Shown piece after piece: positions 54,657 through 64,000 of a DNA stretch of 64,000 nt. The notes below the pieces were generated by a model. That model searched no databases and was not told the DNA's origin. It saw only the letters and a program-made list of their open reading frames with translations. This DNA comes from the human T2T-CHM13v2.0 reference genome, Homo sapiens, in assembly GCF_009914755.1 (NCBI RefSeq), contig NC_060926.1, one strand, 5' to 3'. The position numbers and the translations under genes are program-made. The first letter of the stretch is position 1. Each line of letters opens with the position of its first letter.

Positions 54657-55141
54657 TATATTAATCTGGGTTCCCTAGAGGGACAGAACTAATAGGATAT
54701 ATGTATATCTGAACGGGAGTTTAAAAGAGAATTGACTCACACGATCACAAGTTGATTTCCTACAGTAGGCGGTCTGCAAGCTGAGGAGCAAGGAAACCAG
54801 TTAAACTTCCAAAACCTCAAAAAAGGAAAGCTGACAGTGCAGCCTTAGCTGAAGGCCCGTGAACCCTGGCAAATCACTGGTGTAAGTCCAAGAATCCAGG
54901 ACTGAAGAACTCGGGATCCGATGTTCAAGGACAGGAAGCATCCAGCAGGGGAGAAAGTTGAAGCCTGGAAGACTCAGCAAGTCTGTTCTTTCCACCTTCT
55001 TCTACCTGCTTTATTCTAGCCACTCTGTGTCTGCCTCTCCCAGACCAGTGACTCAAATGTTAATCTCCTCTGGCAATATCCTCACAAACACACCCAGGAA
55101 CAATACTTTGCATCATTCAATTCAATCAAGTTGACACTCAC
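54657..55141 (-). mobile_element. MLT2A-like solo LTR
   Basis: Antisense homolog of 42998-43542 ('ctagagggacagaactaataggat...caatactttgcatc...caagttgacactca'). Confidence 0.88.
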
Positions 55142-55541
55142 TTCTGTTATATACCTTACCACCATACCAAGAGTGAGTGCTCCAGCATAATAACAATGGG
55201 TTATAGCTAAAAGAAATGCAAGATACAGACTATCTCTGAGCAAGAGTACTTAGGGAACCCTAAAATGAAGAGGGGAAATAAAACCAAGGAAACTGGAGAA
55301 ATTTGTATTCACTAGCACTTATAGCTACAGCAAACATTAAACACTTTTCAACTCCGAGCCATATTAACGTAAATACTAAAGGCCAATTTACCTCAGTTTC
55401 CATTACCCGACATTACTAATGACTGAACATTACAACATGCCTTCATTTTAACAACAACGGAATTATAAGCCATGCCAAAAATCAAGAAAAAACACACTCT
55501 GAGGAAACCAGGCAATCATCAGAAACAGACTCAGGTATGGC

Positions 55542-55876
55542 ACACTGCTATAAAGAACTACCTGAGACTGGGTAATTTATGAAGAAAGAGGTTTAATTGA
55601 CTCACAGTTCCACAGGCTTAATAGGAAGCATGACTGGAAGGCCTCAGGAAACTTACAATCATGGCAGAAGGCAAAGAGGAAGCAACCATCTTCTTCACAA
55701 GGCAGCAGGAAAGAAAGAAAGAAGGAGGAAGTGCCACATACATTTATACCATCACAACTCACTATCATAAGAACATCAAGGGAAAAATCCACCCCCATGA
55801 TCACGGCACTTCCCACTAGGCCCCTCCTCCAATTCGACATGAGATTTTAGTAGGGACACAAATCCAAACCATATCA
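55542..55876 (-). mobile_element. MSTA LTR
   Basis: 'ctgctataaagaactacctgagactgggtaatttat...aggaagcatg...atccaaaccatatca'. Confidence 0.85.
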
Positions 55877-56176
55877 CACAAATATTGGAATTATCAGAAA
55901 AGGAATTTAAAATAACTATGATAAATATGTGAAGGGTTCAAGTGGAAAATAGACAACATATGAAACAAGTGGTATAAGAAGAGATGGAAATCCTAGGAAA
56001 GAATGAAAAGGAAACACTATAAATGAAAAAGACTAAGAGAAATGAAGAATGCCTTTGATGTCATCGGTAGACTAGACATAGCTTATAAAATAATCAATGA
56101 ACTTGAAGGAAAGTCAATGAAAACTTTCCTAAAATATATAAAGAAAAAATAATAAAACAATATATAACAAAACATC

Positions 56177-56216
56177 CAAGAACTGTAGCACAATATCAAG
56201 AACTGTAGCACAATAT
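56177..56216. repeat. 20-bp perfect tandem duplication
   Basis: caagaactgtagcacaatat twice. Confidence 0.9.
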
Positions 56217-56330
56217 TACATTTATAACATAACTGTAATTGGAATACTGGAAAGAGTAATGAGAACACAGAACATAATAAATATTTGAAGCAGTAATGGT
56301 TGAGTTCATTCTAAAATTAATAACAGACGC

Positions 56331-56702
56331 TGTATTAGTCCGTTCTCAGGCTGCTAATAAAGACATACCCAGGACTGGGTAATTTATAAAGGAAAGAGGC
56401 TTAATTGACTCACAGTTCAGCATGGCTGGGGAGGCCTCAGAAAACTTACAGCCATGGCGGAAGGGGAAGCAAACATGTCCTTCTTTACATGTGGCAGGAA
56501 GGAGAATGAGAGTGAAGAGTGGGAGAAGTTCCTTATAAAACCATCAGATCTCATCAGAACTCACTCACTAACACAAGAATAGCATGAATGTAACTGCCCC
56601 CATGACTCAATTACCTCCCACTGGGTCCCTCTCATAACACGTGGGGATTATGGGAGCTACAATTGAAGATGAGTGGGTGGGGGACACAGCCAAACCATAT
56701 TA
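56331..56702 (-). mobile_element. THE1C/D solo LTR
   Basis: 'tgtattagtccgttctcaggctgctaataaagacatacc...ggacacagccaaaccatat'; 5-bp TSD gacgc/gacac. Confidence 0.9.
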
Positions 56703-56832
56703 GACACCAAACCAAAACCCAGGTCCATGAAGCTCAAAGAACGTGACCAAACAGAATAAATAAAATAAACCAAACCAACAAGCCAACTTAGACCTATATT
56801 CAAACTGTAATAAAGCAATAACAAAAAAATCT

Positions 56833-57217
<385 letters not shown>

Positions 57218-57271
57218 TTATAGTGGACTTTTCATGAGAAATTGTATAAGCAAGAAGAAAATGAAGTGGAA

Positions 57272-57472
57272 GACCAGGTGCAGTGGCTTATGCCTGTAAT
57301 CCCAACACTTTGGGAGGCTAAGGGTAGCAGATAGCTTGAGTTCAGGAGTTCAAGACCACCTTGGGCAACCTGGTAAAACCTTGTCTCTACCAAAAAAAAA
57401 AAAAAAAAAAAAATTAGCACACTTATAGTCCCAGATACTCAGGAGGCTTAGATGGGAGGATTGTTTGAGTCC
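57272..57472 (+). mobile_element. Partial AluJ
   Basis: Left monomer plus a deleted and truncated right monomer. Confidence 0.8.
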
Positions 57473-58430
57473 ATTCCATTAGAATGTCAAAATATATGAG
57501 GCAAAATGATTGAATTGAAAAGAGAAAAGAAATCCACTCTTACAGTTGTAGACTTCAAAACCCCTATTCCAGTAATTGATAGATCAAGCAAACAGAAAAT
57601 CAGTAAAGATATAGTAGACTAGAACAGCACTATCCATCAACTTGAATTAATTGACATTTATAGAATAATACTAGGTATTTACCCAGTTGAGTTGAAATCT
57701 TATGTCCACACAAAGACCTGCATAAGAATTTTATAAACAGCTTTATTCATAATTACCAAAAATTGGAAACAATCAAGATGTCCTTGCATAGATAAATGGA
57801 TAACTTTGATATGTCCATGCAATGACATACTATTCAGTGATAACAAATAATGAACTGTTAAGCAATGCAAAGACATAAATTAATCTTAAATACATATTGA
57901 AAGATGGAATCAGTCAGTCTAAAAAGACTATGTACTCTATCATTCCATTTATCTGACATTCAGGACAAGACAAAACTACGGAGACAGTAACCAGATCAGT
58001 GTTTTTCAGGGGCTTGGGTAGGATGAGATTGGAATAGATGAAGTACAGTGGATTATTTAACATGATGAAACTGTGCTGTATGTTGCTATCATATTGGATA
58101 CATAGCAACACAAAATGTTAACCTAATGTATGGAACTCACACCACAAAGTGTTAACCTAATGTATGAAATCTAAAAAAATCATTTAGAAGTTTTGAGATC
58201 TAAGGAAGGAATGCAGAATGTAACAAAGGAAAATATTTGTATTATAAATATATTAAAAATCCTTCCTAAATCATGTGGGTAAATAGATGCTTACCTTAGT
58301 AGCTTTGGAAATAAATTGATTCTATAAGACTAAGGACAAAATTAACTATGAGCAACTATAAGTGAACACTATTCTAGGTAATAAAGTTACTTCCTATTTG
58401 GGTAAATGTTAACAAACCTGAAACAATGAT

Positions 58431-58798
58431 TGTCTTAGTCTATTAGTGTAGACTAAGTGTTACTATAAACGAATATCTGAGACTGAGTAATTTATAAAGA
58501 AAAGAGTTTTATTTAGCTTGTAGCCTTGCAGATTGTACAGACGGCAAAGGGGAGCCAGTATGTGCAGAAATCACATGGTGAGAAAGGAAGCAAAAAAGAG
58601 AGAAGAGGAACATGCCAGGCTCTTTTTAACAACCAGCTGTCAGGGGAACTAATAGAATGAGAAGTCACTCACCCACAAGAGAGGGCGTTTATGAGGAATG
58701 TGCCCCTGTGACACAGACACCTCCCATTAGGCCCCACCTCCAACGATAGGATCAAATCTTAACATGAGGTTTGGGTAACAAACATCCAAACCATAGCA
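58431..58798 (-). mobile_element. MSTB/C-like LTR
   Basis: 'tgtcttagtc...tatctgagactgagtaatttataaaga...cctcccattaggccccacctccaac...atccaaaccatagca'. Confidence 0.82.
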
Positions 58799-61700
58799 CA
58801 ATGGAATCAATGAAGTAAGTAAGTAAGTAGGTTTCTTATTGTTGGAGTGAGAGATTGCATATAAGCAAGGGAGTCCATATGGCAATGGATTAGAATTGGA
58901 GTCATCAGTATAAACTCAAGTTTAATTTAGGTAGTTAAATATAGATACTGATGATTTTATATAGAAATAATCATATACATGTGTATATATGTGAATTAGT
59001 ATACAGATACATATTTCCTTGTTCTGTCAGCTGAGAGGACCTATAAGCCATGACATCCCAGTAACAATGAGAATGCCTAGTGTCCAGAACTTGCATTCTA
59101 ATACATCTTCCAATTAAAGTATCCAGAGTTCTTGGAGTAATGGCTGATTCTGGGACTGCTGATCCTGGAATGTTTGAAGTGTCATAAAGAAAGGAAGTGT
59201 TCCAAAAAAATCTCCTCAAAACCCAGAATGATGGACGTATGTCAAAGGGACAGAGGAACCAACTAAAAGAACTCTTAGGGGCCATTGCTCAAATAATATG
59301 CCTAATGCATGTAATGTAGTATTGGGTTGTAGCCAAAGTATAAAATGAATATTCTTACTTATATCAATATATGATTGAATAACTAAGTAAATAGGAAAGA
59401 ATGGATAAATATCCCATGCCAAAGAATTCCAAATAATTTGTGTAGATAATCCTTACTCAAGAAAATAGAGCACAATGCCCATTGCTTGAATGCTGGCTGC
59501 TCATAGTGACATCCCTCTAAAGAGTACAGTATGGAAAGGGGCAAGAAAGGAGTATCTTAGAGTGGAGAAGCTTGAAAAACACTACCTCAACCAGGTGACC
59601 AAGATCAACATTAATAGTAATAATTCATGTTAATAGCATGTTCTCTGAATAAAATGTGATTAAAATGTCACCTCTCCTTGTGATCTTCCTCCCCAAAACC
59701 CATATTCCAAGTCTAATCATCACAAATGCGTCAAACAAATCTTGACTAAGAACATTCTACCAAAACCTGACCAGAATAAGAAACTGGTAGAGCCCAAAGG
59801 AGGATAAGCAAACATAAAAACTGCATGTAATATGGTATCCTGGGTAGAATCCTGGAATAATAAAAAAGTTAGGTAAAAAACTAATGAAATCTGAATAACT
59901 GTGAACTTTAGTAATAATGTATTAATATTTGTTAATTAATTGAGAACTACGTAATCTAAAATGCTAACATAAAATAAGCTAGATATGCTGTATATGGGAA
60001 CTCTGGAGTATCATCATGATTTTTCTGTAAATTAAAATCTGTTCTAAAATTTAAAAGTTTACTTAAAAGTATGACGTTTCCTGTCTGCCTATGAAATCAT
60101 TTAGTTTTGTTCTCTTTAAATAACACGTCAGCAGGTTTGAAGAGAATAGAAGTATTATAAACATACTCATTTTGAATTGACAGTAGACTCAAGAGAAAAG
60201 CATAGGAGAAAGAATAGTTACACTTATTATCAAATATATATTTTTCATGCTTCATCCAAATTGTTCGTATCTTACAATGCAGCTCTTAGTTAGGTCCTGA
60301 ACAAACAGCCCTAAGTTATCATTGTAATAGAGCATAGTAATAGATATTCATAATGACAATTTTACATTTATTAGCATACCAGATTTTATTAAAAAACCCT
60401 GTTTATTAAGTCAGTGAAGTATGTAATATATTTAAAATTAATGAGTTTTTAAAATTTTAAGGGTACTGAAAATTCACTTAACTAGAACACTTAAATCCCT
60501 AATGATGGCAGGCAAATTATTTCGTAACTATATGGTAAATTATATGTCCTGAATTCCATAACAGCAATTAGACTATATATAAATGATGTTTCCATTAGCA
60601 TATCTCCTAGGGATAAATTTACATTATATAAAAAGTAAATTCTCATTTGACCTTTTGATGCAATATATAGTTTGATTTATAATATTAAACTGTCTTGTAT
60701 TTCTGGCTTAATAAATGGCCTATTTTGCCTTTGCATAAATAAAATTGTTTTTTTCTTACCATTTTGCATGAATACTTTATCTTGGTATGGAAATATTACA
60801 TAAAAAGCCGTTCTCCTTTAAGAAAACAATAACTTCTGAGGGGTTTATGTAGCATTGCAAAATAATTTGAGGACGCCACTTCACCTTTTTTGTAGAGTGA
60901 TATTAGTTGTAGGATACTTTCAACTTGTATCCTTGTAGAGGATACTTGTAGATACTTTCTTTTTTTCATTCTGGAAATTTCACAATGGTCATTCACCATT
61001 GTTTAATCGTGGTTAATTTATTAATTTAGACTGTATCATAGGCAATGTAACTACAACTTTTTAACCCAAATCAAGAATTCAAAATCGATTTTATATACTT
61101 CTGTGCAGCCCTGTATTTCAGTTTTTAGTAACTGTTTGATTCAATTTCTTCTTTATTCTTCTTGATTGTGTATGTTTTAATGAGAAGTTGAAGGGGAATA
61201 TTCAAGGACTTCTGCATGCTTATGAGCATTAATTTTGTGCCATCTTGAGTATTGAGGTTCATCTACTACTTGTTACTTTAGAATAGAACGTTGTAGGAAA
61301 TTGGCTGACTCTTCAAAGCACTTCTGTGGAGCCTGTGTTCTAGACCCTTACAGGACCTAGAAGCCATAATACTGACATGGATCTTTGTGCTAATGCATAA
61401 TTTTTCTCCAAAGTTTCTGCATCTATTACAGTTGCATGGCAAATGCAGTTTGGATTGCAGCTACCTGCTTTGTCCTAGCTTGAACCTTCCTCCTGTTCTT
61501 TATTCTGCCTACTCCTGCTTTTTTTTATTTGTGTGTGTATATATGTATGTGTATGTTATCTGATACATGCAATATTATTTTAGTTTAAAATTTTAATTTA
61601 CATTCTCTTAGTTGACAACCTATAATACTTCTAGGTGATTTTTAATCTTTTCAATGAATGGCTCTGCCAAGTTAGATAGGTACTATTATAACATTCTTCC

Positions 61701-63799
61701 TTATTAGCAACAGCACTCCTGTACTGTTTAATGGCAAACTGAATGTCACTAGTTTATCATTACAGGTGATTATTTTCATACTTATTTATATTGAAGAGTT
61801 GAATTTATTTTGATCAAAGTATCTTAATATTTGGTACTAGAGCTGATCATTCGGGTTCTTTTCTCAGTCCTTTAGCAATATTTTTCTTCTAACTTTAAAA
61901 AGGTTCCAAGATAAAACATCCCTTTTTAAAAAACCTGGTTATGATTTCAGTATATTGCTGCCTCAGTTCAGAAAAAGTCTGGCTATCAATTCAAAAATTG
62001 AGTGGTACAAGCCACCTCCTGCTTGTTAGCTAGCAGTCCAATATTTTGCAGGTTTCACAATTCTACCTAAGAATCCATAGATATGTTTACATATTTTTAT
62101 AAATAACAATTCTAGTTCAATTGCTGTTGCTTAATGTAGCATGAGTATCTCCATTTCACCCTTTCAGACTAAACTACAACTACTGATAAATAGACAGTAC
62201 TTCCCTTTTGTCTCAATTGCCTCTCTATTGCTTGTTTATCTCAATAGCCACTGATACCCCTGCTGTTGCCTGATAGAGCTGAAGGAGCTGGATGCTTGCA
62301 CAAAATACCCTGCTAAGAGTTGAGGAAAGAAGCAGTTTCAAAGAATCTCCTATTCTCTCTAGCCTGTTTCCTTGCTGGCCACCACTTTTATCTCTCGCAG
62401 CTGCCTACCAGTATGGATGTATCTTCTTCTGGTTGGCCATCATTCCTCTCAGTGTCACAAACATGAAGAGTAAAGCACAGCAATATTGTGTAGGTCCATA
62501 TTTATACAAATCCTCACATTTATATTCATAATCCTATTTACTTAAAGTACACCTATGACTCCCAAGTTATTAAATTGGGTCCTGGAACTAGTATCACTGT
62601 GTTTAATGTATATTAAATCTGACTTTCTGGTCGAAACTCTAAGATAGTGAGTTACACGGAGACTTAAGGTATTATTATTATTTCAATCTGACTATTCAAA
62701 AAGGTTACTAGTTAACTATATAGTTTCCCATATTTTAACTTTAATACAGGGTGAAAGAATAGTGACAGTTTTCCAGTACCCCTTTTATAAGATGCCATTT
62801 ACAACTATGCAAATATATAGGTATAAATGCATATGAAAGATGTTAGCCAAGTCCATTATGTGGCAACATATTCAATCAGGGAAAAATGTTGTTTTGTAAC
62901 ACCACCAAATCTGTCTGTATCCAAATGTTATTTACCCCCCAAAACTTTTGTAATAAAATACAGAGGATAAGCAGTTCATAGAATTTCCATGATTTCAGTA
63001 TAATCTAATCATGTTTATTGATGAAGCAAATATTAAAATGATAACTCTCTTCAATATCTTCAAGTATTACATAGGAATAAATTATTGACAGAAACTTGGA
63101 AGGTAAAATATCCATAGCTGGTTACCTGGTGTGTAAAACACAAAGTGTCCTATAGTGAATAAAATTCTCAATAATTAAAAAAAAATTAAACTTGCCTCTC
63201 AACCATTTTCTTCAATTAAGTTTAATTGTATTAACAAAATAAATAGTAGTAGCACATATGTGCAACAATTAAAATGATATAATTTAATTAAATATGTTTC
63301 AATTAAGTGATAACTGAATTAGCCATATGACTGAGATAAATTATTTAATTTTTTATATAAAATTATGTAATTATATACAAGACAATTTATATAAATATGT
63401 TCATTTCTACATGTAGTTTATGTACCTATATTACAAATAAAAATATCCTTGTTAGATCCTGAGGGATGATTATGCTATTGAAAATGTATATCTTAACATT
63501 ATTTATTTCAGATTTGGCAGGATATTTTCATAAATTCATGTAAAAAAGTTGATTGTTACACAGTAGTTTTGAAAGCGATGAATTATCTTTTCTTCAGCTT
63601 GGATTTTAGGAAGACAATTTTATAACTGCTTTTATTTGATATTTATTTATGCTGAAAAATCTTACGTAATAGATGGAACAGACAGAAATTGAGAGTTTCC
63701 ACTGAGACCAAGTAAAAAGAAAATGAAATCTTTAAGATCTGAAACTGAATTTTTTGAGGGCTACACTATTTGTATGTTGAACTAGAAGCCCAAATAATT

Positions 63800-64000
63800 G
63801 TATCTTAACACTTCCTCAAAGAAGATATGTAGTTGGTAAATAAACATAAGAAAAGATGCTCAAAACAATATGTTATTAGGGAACTTCAAATTAACATGAT
63901 GAGATACCATTATACACCAATTAGAATGTCTAATATCTGAAAAACTAACAAATGATGGCAAGGATGTGGAGCAGAAGGAATTCATTCATTGATGGTGGAA
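63800..64000 (+). mobile_element. L1M ORF2 3' fragment (continues past the window)
   Basis: 'aaagaagatat...aaaagatgctca...gagataccat...caaggatgtggagca'. Confidence 0.8.

Noticed and set aside
58108-58171. Imperfect ~34-bp tandem duplication in an L1M 3' region
   Set aside because: Ordinary slippage event within a decayed repeat.

Overview
This is primate, almost certainly human, genomic DNA: it carries Alu, L1PA, THE1 and MST elements plus an Alu with AluYa5 diagnostic bases. It is AT-rich, CpG-depleted and repeat-dense, consistent with a gene desert or large intron. I found no credible protein-coding exon, RNA gene or CRISPR array; nearly all supplied ORFs come from LTRs, Alus, L1s or low-complexity DNA. 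Main structures: a two-LTR MER52/HUERS-P-like ERV1 provirus (4216-12020, minus) with gag and env remnants; a solo ERV1 LTR (17050-17563) with strong strand-specific TC/CC depletion suggesting APOBEC3 hyper-editing; an internally deleted HERV-L/MLT2A provirus (39594-43542) with nested MER52 and Alu; an L1PA3-like 3' end with a locally templated insert; a young AluYa5-like insertion; and many older L1M/L2/MIR/MaLR fragments and hairpins. I cannot support a wholly new biological system; the hyper-edited LTR is the most unusual signal. Subfamily names are recalled from consensus sequences and need RepeatMasker/Dfam confirmation.
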